A stretch of DNA of 64,000 nucleotides from positions 66,862 through 130,861 of the forward strand of contig JAFGAO010000027.1 of assembly GCA_016933615.1 (NCBI GenBank), given 5' to 3'. Below the pieces are notes generated by a model, which ran no database searches, was not told the DNA's origin, and worked only from the letters and a program-made list of their open reading frames with translations. Source of the stretch: Acidobacteriota bacterium. Its GTDB lineage: Bacteria; Acidobacteriota; UBA6911. The position numbers were made by a program, and so were the translations under genes. Positions 1 to 8,760 of the stretch are shown piece by piece. The first letter of the stretch is position 1. Every line of letters starts with the position of its first letter.

Positions 1-185
1 CGCCGGTATCCAGCCCGAACTCAAAAGGCAGATGCACGGCGTCGGTGCCGATGCGCACCTGATTGATTCTCTCGATGGTCTGCATCGCATTGGGAACCGG
101 TTTCTCCTTAGGCTCGCCGCACCCGGACAGAGCCAGAACGGCTGTCAGGCAAACGATCGACAGGATGTGCTTTTTAATTTGCAAC
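1..185 (-). CDS. Partial (N-terminal) solute-binding lipoprotein, probably an amino-acid ABC transporter substrate-binding protein; the 3' end lies beyond the window
   Basis: Reverse complement of 1-185 reads (TTG)QIKKHILSIVCLTAVLALSGCGEPKEK...VRIGTDAVHLPFEF. This gives a signal peptide with lipobox LSGC and an SBP family-3-like start. GGAGGT lies 5 nt upstream of the TTG at 185. Confidence 0.45.
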
Positions 186-301
186 TTTGACCTCCTTAAG
201 GGCAAATGAGGAGCCTCACCACTTATTCAAAAGGACACGCTGTATTCTAGCCAAATACGGACGGGGACTGAAGTGTTTTTACAATTATTTTACGGCCGGA
301 A

Positions 302-766
302 TCACGCCAATTCTTTTTCCATCACCCAGGCATCCTCGACCGGATCCGTGTAGTAATGAATTCTCGTACCCGCTATGCGGAATCCGTGCCCGTAATAGAA
401 TTGAATTGCATTCTCATTGGATTTCCGGACTTCGAGGAAACAGCGGCTGCATCCCCGGCGCAATCCCTCAGAAAAAGCCGTTTCAATCAGTTGGGTTCCG
501 ACGCCGCGGCGCTGCCACTGCGGAAATACTCCCAGTTTCAGGAGTTCCAGGCTTTCGTACAAGGCACGTGCGAGGAGAAATCCTATGAGTTCGTCCCTGT
601 TCCTGCCGGTTATCCTGACCGCCTTGCAACCGAAATACTCGGGCAATTCCTCCAGAAAACGCCGGTAATTCTCCTCTCCCCAGAAAGCGAGCCGGACCAA
701 CTCTTCGAGCGGCTTCAGGCGGTCGGCATCCGCGGGAGTAAGACAGGCCAGGTAATAGTCGGACAT
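302..766 (-). CDS. rimI: GNAT family ribosomal-protein-alanine N-acetyltransferase (RimI-like)
   Basis: The 166 aa ORF has a GNAT fold signature (QWQRRGVGTQLIE...ENAIQFYYGHGF) and sits directly downstream of tsaB as in the common tsaB-rimI pair. The ATG at 766 (MSDYYL...) aligns best with RimI N-termini. The longer start at 802 would overlap tsaB by 32 nt. Confidence 0.7.
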   Translation of the reverse strand: MSDYYLACLTPADADRLKPLEELVRLAFWGEENYRRFLEELPEYFGCKAVRITGRNRDELIGFLLARALYESLELLKLGVFPQWQRRGVGTQLIETAFSEGLRRGCSRCFLEVRKSNENAIQFYYGHGFRIAGTRIHYYTDPVEDAWVMEKELA

Positions 767-770
767 CCCG

Positions 771-1481
771 TCATCGGGTTCTGGTTTTTTTTGCAATCGC
801 ATCGGGCGGCCTGATGTAAAGCGGTTCGCACTTTATGGAGTTTCCGGATTTCCATCGCCGTTTTGCGGACAGGGCCCGACGTCCTATGGAGGCCGCCAGG
901 TAAAGATCCGTTTCGGCGGCACGGGGCCAGCCGTTGTCGGCGTCTTTACCCGGTTTTACGCCGCATATTTGAGGCTCTCCGACTAAGGTCAGGCGGCGGT
1001 TTTTTAACCTGCCCTGCAGGTCGGCAAGAAACAGCAGTACCGGTTTCCGGATTTGGCGAATCCGGCCCTCCCGGTTCCCGTACTCCGCGTAATAGACCTG
1101 GGACCTCCGGGCATTCAGAACGACCCCGACGCTTTCCTCCAGGAATCTTGCCTGGAAGGCGAGCGCTTCCATCCCCGAAATCCCGGCAAAAGGAACAGAC
1201 AACGACTGGGCAAGGCCCAATCCGGTGGCAATGCCGATCCGGATGCCCGTGAACGAGCCGGGACCGGTGCCCACAGCCACCAAGTTCAGATCCTTTAAAG
1301 TCCATCCCAAACACCGCATCAGGAAATCGATGGAGCGGATCAAGCTCGCGGAATGGTTCTCGAGACGGTTCAACTTCAACTCCGCATTCAACTCGGGTCC
1401 CTCCAGCAGGGCGATGCTGCCTCTTCTGTCGGATGTGTCAAATGCCAGGACTTTCGGCTTAGCTGCAACGGGCATGTTCAT
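771..1481 (-). CDS. tsaB: tRNA threonylcarbamoyladenosine biosynthesis protein TsaB (YeaZ)
   Basis: The ORF 771-1487 translation (KVLAFDTSDRRGSIALLEG...GTGPGSFTGIRIGIATGLGLAQSL) is typical of the TsaB/Kae1 inactive paralog. The ORF finder start at 1487 is TTG. ATG 1481 or 1475 are more likely starts. Confidence 0.8.
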   Translation of the reverse strand: MNMPVAAKPKVLAFDTSDRRGSIALLEGPELNAELKLNRLENHSASLIRSIDFLMRCLGWTLKDLNLVAVGTGPGSFTGIRIGIATGLGLAQSLSVPFAGISGMEALAFQARFLEESVGVVLNARRSQVYYAEYGNREGRIRQIRKPVLLFLADLQGRLKNRRLTLVGEPQICGVKPGKDADNGWPRAAETDLYLAASIGRRALSAKRRWKSGNSIKCEPLYIRPPDAIAKKTRTR

Positions 1482-1646
1482 TGACAACCGCAGTCGGCGG
1501 AATATATACTGCGCGCTCCTTGCTCACAGGGTTCGGCATCCACCTCTAAAACCGTATTGATCGTAGAAGGGTACGGACTGAATCGTACCAAATTTATGTG
1601 GTAGCATACATAAAAACTTGAGTTCCGTCAGGAAAAGAGGAAAAGG

Positions 1647-4148
1647 ATGGAAGACCTCACGCCCATGATGAAGCAGTACCACGAGGTCAAGCAGCGCTTC
1701 CCCGGGAAAATTGTGCTTTTCCGCCTTGGGGATTTCTATGAAATGTTCTACGAGGACGCGGTTTCAGCCTCACGGGAACTCGAAATCACCCTCACATCGA
1801 GGAATAAGGACAAAAACGGCGCCCCCATCCCGATGTGCGGCGTGCCCCACCATTCCGTCGAGGGTTACATCGCCCGATTGATGAAAAAAGGATTTAAAAT
1901 AGCGATCTGTGATCAGGTTGAGGCTCCAAACGCGAATAAAAAACTGGTTCGGCGTGAAGTCACCCGGGTTCTGACGCCGGGAACCGTTCTGGAGGAAATG
2001 CTCCTGGAGCCGAAGGAAAACAATTACCTCGGGTGTCTGTACAGCACGGAAAAAGGAATCGGGTTGGCTTTCATGGATCTGACGACATCCGATTTCATGG
2101 CCACGGAGTTTACGGGAAATGGGAGCTGGCAGAGGTCCCTGGATGAATTGACACGGTTTGCGCCGAAAGAAATCGTACTTTCAGACCGGCTGCAGGGACA
2201 GATTCGGGCAAAACTGTCCCGGGAGTGGTCGGACCGGTGGGTGGCAAGCCCTGTGGAGGACTGGATTTTTAATCAGGATTACGCCCACAGGATTCTTCTC
2301 GAACACTTCGGCCTTCCCAGCCTGGAAGGATTCGGATCGTCCGGACACTCGTTGTCCCTGTGCGCCGCGGGAGCTTTGATTCACTATCTGAAAGAAATTC
2401 AATTGCCCCGGATCGGGAAGGTCGCCAACCTCCGCTTCTTTGAATCTTCGGAATTCATGAAGCTGGATGCATCGACGGTCACGAATCTCGAATTGATACA
2501 GACTCTCGACGGATCCAGGGAAGGATCCCTTTTCTCCCTCATCGACAATACCCGTACGGGTATGGGTGCGAGACTGTTGAAATCATGGCTTTTACGGCCT
2601 TTATTAAACGTGGCGGAAATCGAGTCCCGCCAGGAATCGATCGCGTCTTTCATGTCCGACATTCCATCCCTGGACGGATTAAGGAAAAAATTCTGCGAAA
2701 TCCGTGACCTGGAACGTCTTGTAAGCCGCATCATGGCCGAAGTATCGAACCCTCGCGAGATGCTTGCCCTGCGCGATTCCCTGAGCGCAATCCCTTCCGT
2801 CAGGAACATGCTGCAATCCTATTCCGCCGGGAGGCTCGTCGAAATCCTCGAACTCATCGATCCTCTGGAGGATGTCGCTACGCTGATCCAAAGATGCATT
2901 TCGGAAAACGCGCCCGCATCCTCGAGCGAACCCGGCATCGTCCGCTCCGGCTATTCAGGCGAACTCGATGAACTCCGCGAGATCCGGCACAGCGGGAAGG
3001 GATATATCGCGGCCATGGAGTCGAGGGAGAGGGAAAAAACCGGGATCCAATCTCTCAAGATCAAGTTCAACAACGTTTTCGGCTACTTCATCGAGGTAAC
3101 CAAGGCCAACCTGTCGCTTGTTCCCAACCAGTATCTGCGAAAACAGACCCTCGTGAACTGTGAACGTTTCGTTACCGAAGAGCTCCAGCAGTATGAGGAG
3201 AAAGTCCTCCGGGCCGAAGAACGCATTGCATCTCTGGAGAGGGAGATATTCATCGAGTTGAGGAAAAGAGTCGGGCGCGAGGGGGCCCGGATTCAGAAAA
3301 CGGCCCGTCTCCTGGGAGAACTGGACGTTTATGCCGCCCTGTCCGAAACCGCACTGAAAAACAGCTACAACCGCCCGGCGTTGACCGAAGGGGATGAACT
3401 GTATATCCGACAGGGGCGGCACCCCGTGGTTGAAAAGCAGAGCCTTCCTTTCATACCCAACGATCTGTATATGAACGTGGAAACGAACCGCCTGATCCTG
3501 CTGACGGGACCGAACATGGGCGGCAAGTCCACATACCTGCGGCAGGCGGCGCTGATAGTCATCCTTGCGCAAATGGGTTCCTTCGTCCCGGCCCGGGAAG
3601 CGCGCATCGGGTGCGTGGACCGCATATACACGCGAGTGGGCGCTTCGGACAATCTGGCCAAAGGCCGTTCCACATTTATGGTTGAAATGATCGAAACCGC
3701 GAATATCCTGAATACGGCCACGAGCCGGAGCCTGATTCTCCTGGACGAAGTCGGGCGAGGCACAGCTACCTTTGACGGCCTCTCCCTTGCCTGGGCGATC
3801 GCGGAGTTTCTCGTGGCCGGCCCGTGTCTGAAACCGAAAACTCTTTTCGCCACGCATTATCATGAGCTGACCAAACTGGCGGCGGTTCATTCCGCCGTGA
3901 AAAATTACTGCATGACCATTCAGGAAGCCGGTGGAGACATAATATTCCTGCGCAGGGTCATGCCGGGGGTCGCGGATAAAAGTTATGGAATCGAAGTTGC
4001 CCGCCTCGCGGGAATGCCGCAGGAGGTTCTTCGCAGGGCTTCGGAAATATTGGAACGGCTCGAGAGGAAGGAAATAGACCTGACGGGCTCTTCACGCAAA
4101 CGGGCAACGGATGCGGTGCCGGATGAAATACAAAAACCGCTCTTTTAA
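1647..4148 (+). CDS. mutS: DNA mismatch repair protein MutS
   Basis: The 833 aa protein has the N-terminal mismatch-binding motif (PMMKQY...GDFYEMFYEDA), a Walker A (GPNMGGKST) and the C-terminal MutS domain. A strong SD (AGAGGAAAAGG) precedes ATG 1647. Confidence 0.95.
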   Translation: MEDLTPMMKQYHEVKQRFPGKIVLFRLGDFYEMFYEDAVSASRELEITLTSRNKDKNGAPIPMCGVPHHSVEGYIARLMKKGFKIAICDQVEAPNANKKLVRREVTRVLTPGTVLEEMLLEPKENNYLGCLYSTEKGIGLAFMDLTTSDFMATEFTGNGSWQRSLDELTRFAPKEIVLSDRLQGQIRAKLSREWSDRWVASPVEDWIFNQDYAHRILLEHFGLPSLEGFGSSGHSLSLCAAGALIHYLKEIQLPRIGKVANLRFFESSEFMKLDASTVTNLELIQTLDGSREGSLFSLIDNTRTGMGARLLKSWLLRPLLNVAEIESRQESIASFMSDIPSLDGLRKKFCEIRDLERLVSRIMAEVSNPREMLALRDSLSAIPSVRNMLQSYSAGRLVEILELIDPLEDVATLIQRCISENAPASSSEPGIVRSGYSGELDELREIRHSGKGYIAAMESREREKTGIQSLKIKFNNVFGYFIEVTKANLSLVPNQYLRKQTLVNCERFVTEELQQYEEKVLRAEERIASLEREIFIELRKRVGREGARIQKTARLLGELDVYAALSETALKNSYNRPALTEGDELYIRQGRHPVVEKQSLPFIPNDLYMNVETNRLILLTGPNMGGKSTYLRQAALIVILAQMGSFVPAREARIGCVDRIYTRVGASDNLAKGRSTFMVEMIETANILNTATSRSLILLDEVGRGTATFDGLSLAWAIAEFLVAGPCLKPKTLFATHYHELTKLAAVHSAVKNYCMTIQEAGGDIIFLRRVMPGVADKSYGIEVARLAGMPQEVLRRASEILERLERKEIDLTGSSRKRATDAVPDEIQKPLF

Positions 4149-4152
4149 CATC

Positions 4153-5946
4153 ATGCAGACTATCGGCCTCCGTTTTTCTTCGCCCCTGGCGCACGTCCTG
4201 ATTCTGGCGGCGGTCTGCCTGCCTTACTGCCTCCGCCTGGGCGCTTCTTCCCTATGGGACGCAAGCGAATCCTACTACGCGGAAACCTCCAGGGAAATGC
4301 TGGCTTCCGGCAATTACCTCGCGCCTCATTTCAATTTCGAGCCCAGGGCTCAAAAACCCCCGCTGACGTACTGGGCGATTCTCGCTTCCTACAAGCTGTT
4401 CGGGGTCGGCGAATTTTCCGTACGGTTCCCGGGATCCGCTGCCGCGGTCATGGTCATTCTTTTTTCCTATGCGACGGCGCGCTTTCTTTTCAATTCACGG
4501 ATCGCCCTGATGGCTGCCGTGATCACGGGCACCACCGCCAGGGTACTGATTCTCGCGCGGCGCCTGCCCATCGATATGCTCCTGCTGTTTTTCCTGACGG
4601 GGGCTTTTCTATTCCTGGCAAGGGCGATACAGACACGAAGACGCGCCTACTGGGTTTTTTTCTATCTATTCGTAGGGGCGGGGTTTATGACCAAAGGCCC
4701 GGTAGCGCTGGTTATTCCCGCAGCCACGTACCTGATCTGGGCGCTCTGCAACGGAAGATTCAGTGTTAGAGGCGTGCACCCCTTCCTGGGCCTGGGCATC
4801 CTGGCGTTCGTCATTCTTCCCTGGTACGTTCTGGTCTTCCATGCATACGGCTGGACCTATATCGAAACTTTCTTTTTAAAGGACAACCTGGGGCGCTTTC
4901 TGTCCGATTCTTTCGGACCGGCCAGAGGCCCTCTGTACTATTTCCCCGTTTTTGCGGTCGACTTCTTCCCCTGGTCCTTCCCGGCGGCAGCGGCCATGTA
5001 TTTCCTTTGGCGGCACAGGGAGCAATGGCGTCCTGTGCAAAGCCTTTCCTTCGGGCTGCCGCTCCTTTGGTGTCTTTTCATATTCCTTTTTTTTTCGGTC
5101 TCGAAAAACAAGCAGGAGTATTACATCGCCCCCATGTATCCGGTGGCCGCCGTAATCCTGGCTGCGGTTCTGTATAAAAGCTTTGCCGGAATGGCCGCCG
5201 CCATCCGCAGAAAAATTTCCTCGCGGCATTTCCCGGACGCCGGTAAGGCGCCGGCTTCCAGTTTGAATTCTCCTGAAGGGCGCAAGGCACCCGAAGAGAC
5301 GAGCCCGATTTCCGGATGGAAATGGATCTGCCTGATCCTGGGCATCCTTCTTTTTGCATTTTCCATACTGTTATTTTTTATTCTACACTTCTTTATGCCG
5401 CATCTTCCCTCCGTGTTACACTATGGTCCGTCTCTGATTATTGCCGGGGCCGCCCTTTTCACCGTCGGATGCGCCTTAAGACGGAAAATGAGCCTCTGTT
5501 TTCCCGCAATAGCGGCTTCCATGTGGATTGTTTTTACGGCGGGGGTTGTTTATTATTTCCCCGCCCTGGAAAACTTCCGGCCCGTCAAAAGCTTCTGTAA
5601 ACAGATAGAGGCAAACGCGCACGGCGATTTCCAGGCGGGTTATTACGGCGTCACGGTCCCGAGCATGGTTTTCTATTTGAAAAGGCCGATCTTCGAGGAA
5701 TATGACGCGGCGTCCATGATAGGCAGATTTCAGTCCGGCAATCCCGTATTTTGTGTTTTGACCGCCCGGGATCATGCTTTCTTCACGGAAAATTTCGATC
5801 TCGATCTTCCCGTCCTGGACCGCAGCCCCAGGTTCTCCATTAAACTGAAAATGGTCCTCAACGGGGGCTATGCGCCCGGCGAGGAGCTGCTCCTGGTATC
5901 GAATCGCCCAATTTCAGCATCCGCACCCGAAATGGCGGCTCCTTAG
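4153..5946 (+). CDS. ArnT-like GT-C membrane glycosyltransferase (GT83 / PMT_2 family, 4-amino-4-deoxy-L-arabinose transferase-like)
   Basis: The N-terminal signature WDASESYYAETSREMLASGNYLAPHFNFEPRAQKPPLTYW is characteristic of ArnT/PMT_2 family enzymes and is followed by more than 10 predicted TM helices. ATG 4153 lies 5 nt after the mutS stop. An alternative start at 4123 would overlap mutS. Confidence 0.75.
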   Translation: MQTIGLRFSSPLAHVLILAAVCLPYCLRLGASSLWDASESYYAETSREMLASGNYLAPHFNFEPRAQKPPLTYWAILASYKLFGVGEFSVRFPGSAAAVMVILFSYATARFLFNSRIALMAAVITGTTARVLILARRLPIDMLLLFFLTGAFLFLARAIQTRRRAYWVFFYLFVGAGFMTKGPVALVIPAATYLIWALCNGRFSVRGVHPFLGLGILAFVILPWYVLVFHAYGWTYIETFFLKDNLGRFLSDSFGPARGPLYYFPVFAVDFFPWSFPAAAAMYFLWRHREQWRPVQSLSFGLPLLWCLFIFLFFSVSKNKQEYYIAPMYPVAAVILAAVLYKSFAGMAAAIRRKISSRHFPDAGKAPASSLNSPEGRKAPEETSPISGWKWICLILGILLFAFSILLFFILHFFMPHLPSVLHYGPSLIIAGAALFTVGCALRRKMSLCFPAIAASMWIVFTAGVVYYFPALENFRPVKSFCKQIEANAHGDFQAGYYGVTVPSMVFYLKRPIFEEYDAASMIGRFQSGNPVFCVLTARDHAFFTENFDLDLPVLDRSPRFSIKLKMVLNGGYAPGEELLLVSNRPISASAPEMAAP

Positions 5947-5947
5947 G

Positions 5948-6928
5948 ATGAAAAAGAAAGCACTGCCGTTCATTAAAATCGCGATCACGGTTCTGCTGTT
6001 CGCCTATATTTTTCAAAACGTCGATTTTGAAAATTTCGGGAGAACCCTCCGGAATGCCCGGCCCGACATGCTGATCCTGTCCTTTGCACTGATCTGGGCA
6101 GGGCACTATGTATGCATCCTGCGCTGGCGCCTTTTGATCAAGCCTCTGATGCCTGTGCCTTCATTGAACCAGCTTTTCGGCATTTACTGTATCGGCCTTT
6201 TCTTCAATCTGACTTTCCCCACCGTCATCGGAGGGGATGTCGTGAAAATCTATTACATCGGGAGGAATTCCGAATCCTACTCTCAAAGCTTTGCGTCCAC
6301 TTTCCTGGACCGGGATGCCGGTATGCTGGCGATGCTGATCATTGCCTGCGCCGCGATTGTCGTTTATCCCGTCTCCGTTCCGGGAATCGCGATATCCGTC
6401 ATTGTCTTCGGGGCGTTTGCCGCATTTTTACTGGGAAACATGTGCCTGTTCACGCCCCGATTTCACGGCATATTGAACCGCTGCATGAAACGTCTCGGTG
6501 CGGCCAGGATGGGAAGAAAAGCCGACAGGGTCGCCGAGGCGTTTCATAGGATCGGGAAGCACCGGTTTGTTCTTGCGGTTTCATTGCTGATTTCATTCGT
6601 CAACCAGCTGCTGGTCATAATTTCCGTCTGGGTCACGGCCGTCGGCCTTCGCCTTGATATACCTTTTTATTATTTCCTGGTTTTCGTACCCGTCATCACG
6701 CTCATTTCCATGATACCGGCCAGCCTGAACGGAATGGGATTGAGGGAATACGCGTTCATGGGCCTCTTCGGCGCACTCGGCGCCGAACCTTCGTCCTGCA
6801 TCGCGCTCGGATTGGTGACCTCGATTCTGATCATTCTCTCTTCACTTCCGGGCGGCATCGTTTATATTTTCTACAGAAACCGCGGCGATCGACGCCGGTT
6901 TGAGAGACTGGAAACTGAATTTTCATGA
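5948..6928 (+). CDS. UPF0104 / flippase-like (lysylphosphatidylglycerol-synthase TM-region-like) membrane protein
   Basis: MKKKALPFIKIAITVLLFAYIFQNVDFENFGRTLRNARPDML... is the typical N-terminus of the UPF0104 (PF03706) family, and the protein is polytopic. ATG 5948 lies 1 nt after the ArnT-like stop (TAGgATG). Confidence 0.65.
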   Translation: MKKKALPFIKIAITVLLFAYIFQNVDFENFGRTLRNARPDMLILSFALIWAGHYVCILRWRLLIKPLMPVPSLNQLFGIYCIGLFFNLTFPTVIGGDVVKIYYIGRNSESYSQSFASTFLDRDAGMLAMLIIACAAIVVYPVSVPGIAISVIVFGAFAAFLLGNMCLFTPRFHGILNRCMKRLGAARMGRKADRVAEAFHRIGKHRFVLAVSLLISFVNQLLVIISVWVTAVGLRLDIPFYYFLVFVPVITLISMIPASLNGMGLREYAFMGLFGALGAEPSSCIALGLVTSILIILSSLPGGIVYIFYRNRGDRRRFERLETEFS

Positions 6929-7920
6929 ACGAGAAGGTTTCAATCATAGTCCCGGTTTACAACGAGCTGGAAAACCTAGAGGCCCTGTTAAAAGCGCTTC
7001 TGGATGCGATGGAATCGACTGGAGAAGACTTCGAAGTTCTTTTTGTCGACGACGGCAGCACGGACGGAAGCAGGGATTTTCTGGAGTCGCTGCCGGAAAG
7101 GGATCCCCGCATCAGGGTTATCATATTTCGAAGAAACTTCGGCCAGACGGCGGCCATGACTGCGGGTTTCGATTATGCTTCGGGCTCCATCCTCATCCCC
7201 ATCGATGCGGATATGCAGAACGACCCGAGGGACATCCCGGCGGTATTGTCCAAGCTCAGGGAGGGATACGATGTTGTCAGCTGCTGGAGGAGGAACCGGC
7301 AGGATCCTTGGCTGAGCCGGAAAGTGCCGTCCAAGCTGGCCAACGGCCTCATATCCTTCATAAGCGGGGTCAGGCTTCATGACTACGGGTGCACCTTGAA
7401 GGGATATCGGCGCGAGGTCGTCCAGCACATCCGTTTGTACGGAGAAATGCACCGGTTCATTCCCGTGTACGCCTTCTGGGCCGGTGCGCGCGTTGCGGAA
7501 ATTCCGGTAAGCCACAATCCGAGAAAAGCCGGAGTCAGCAAATACGGCCTTGGCCGAACGTTCAAGGTTATACTGGACTTGATTACGGTCAAAATGCTCG
7601 GCAGTTATTCCACAAAACCGATGTACTTCTTCGGCGGCATTGGAATGGTCTCTTGCGGAGCCGGCATTCTATGCGCCCTGCTGACATTGCTTGAGAAATA
7701 CTCGAGCGGCGTCAAGGCGCACAACAATCCGCTGCTGCTGCTTTCCGTATTTCTTTTTATTATAGGAATTCAATTTGTATTGATGGGGCTTGTGGCGGAA
7801 CTGGTCATCCGGACCTATTTCGAATCTCAAAACAAGGTCCCCTACATAATCCGTCACATCCGGGGCCAAAATGACGGGGTGCAACCGGATCCGCCCGAAA
7901 ACGTCGGCACTCCCGGTTAA
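6925..7920 (+). CDS. GT2 family glycosyltransferase, polyprenyl-phosphate sugar synthase type (ArnC/GtrB/DPM-synthase-like) with two C-terminal TM helices
   Basis: IIVPVYNELENL...FVDDGSTDGS...DADMQNDP is the GT2 DxD catalytic core, and two C-terminal TM helices follow as in ArnC/GtrB. The start overlaps the upstream stop in an ATGA arrangement. Confidence 0.8.
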   Translation: MNEKVSIIVPVYNELENLEALLKALLDAMESTGEDFEVLFVDDGSTDGSRDFLESLPERDPRIRVIIFRRNFGQTAAMTAGFDYASGSILIPIDADMQNDPRDIPAVLSKLREGYDVVSCWRRNRQDPWLSRKVPSKLANGLISFISGVRLHDYGCTLKGYRREVVQHIRLYGEMHRFIPVYAFWAGARVAEIPVSHNPRKAGVSKYGLGRTFKVILDLITVKMLGSYSTKPMYFFGGIGMVSCGAGILCALLTLLEKYSSGVKAHNNPLLLLSVFLFIIGIQFVLMGLVAELVIRTYFESQNKVPYIIRHIRGQNDGVQPDPPENVGTPG

Positions 7921-7930
7921 GGAGCATCCA

Positions 7931-8704
7931 TTGTTCGGCAGCCACTTCGAGTTTGAACCTCATTCCCTGGTCAACTTCACGGGAGGGGGCGGCAAAACGG
8001 CCCTGATATTCCGGCTTTTGGAGGAATTTTCGGCGCAGGGTTCCGTGTTGTACACCACGACAACCAGGATTCATCCGCCGGATCCGGGAAATAATGTGGC
8101 GGTTATTAAAAGCGCCAATCTGCAACTGCTGAAATTTCTCGTCACAGAGGCGATTCGGAATTGTTCCGAAAAAAAATATAAGCTTGTCGCCACCCGGCAA
8201 TTCATGGAACCCGACCTGTTGAAAGGCGTTCCCCCCGATTTTCTTGATTCCGTGGACCGCGGCAAACTCGCGATTCTTTTGAATGAAGCGGACGGGGCCG
8301 CGAGGTTTTCATTAAAGCTGCCCCGGGATGGAGAGCCTGTGCTTATGGATCGGGCGGATTACCTTGTTGCCGTGATCGGGATCGATTGCCTGCATCAACC
8401 GCTGGGTCCCGATGTCGTGTTCCGGTTCCAGACGCTGGCGCAACGTTTTTCCCTCAAGGCCGGCGACCGGATCACACCCCGGCTGGCCGCCGGCATCCTC
8501 ATGCATCCCCGGGGCGTGTGCAAAGACTTTCGGAAAGGAACAACCCTGATCCCTTTCATCAATAAAGTCGACACCCCCGGCCAGGACGCCGATGCCAGGG
8601 CTCTTGCATCCCACATCCTTCAAAACGTGAACTTCCCCGTAAAGAAGGTTGTATGGGGCAGCGTTGTTCACGGCAGGGTCGGATCCGTATCCGCCGAATC
8701 ATAG
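7931..8704 (+). CDS. YqeC-like P-loop protein (selenium-dependent molybdenum hydroxylase accessory family, TIGR03172-like)
   Basis: It has a P-loop (FTGGGGKTALIFRL) and the motifs NEADGA and INKVD at the spacing seen in YqeC. The TTG start at 7931 is preceded by TAAGGAG, which overlaps the upstream stop. This is a family-level call from memory. Confidence 0.5.
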   Translation: MFGSHFEFEPHSLVNFTGGGGKTALIFRLLEEFSAQGSVLYTTTTRIHPPDPGNNVAVIKSANLQLLKFLVTEAIRNCSEKKYKLVATRQFMEPDLLKGVPPDFLDSVDRGKLAILLNEADGAARFSLKLPRDGEPVLMDRADYLVAVIGIDCLHQPLGPDVVFRFQTLAQRFSLKAGDRITPRLAAGILMHPRGVCKDFRKGTTLIPFINKVDTPGQDADARALASHILQNVNFPVKKVVWGSVVHGRVGSVSAES

Positions 8705-8760
8705 AAAAGGACCGTAGTAACACGAATCTTGATCCGGAACCTTGTATATCAGACTATTTT

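Noticed and set aside
2955-3890. 311 aa and 162 aa ORFs antisense to mutS
   Set aside because: They lie inside the conserved MutS ATPase domain on the opposite strand and have an Arg-rich composition.
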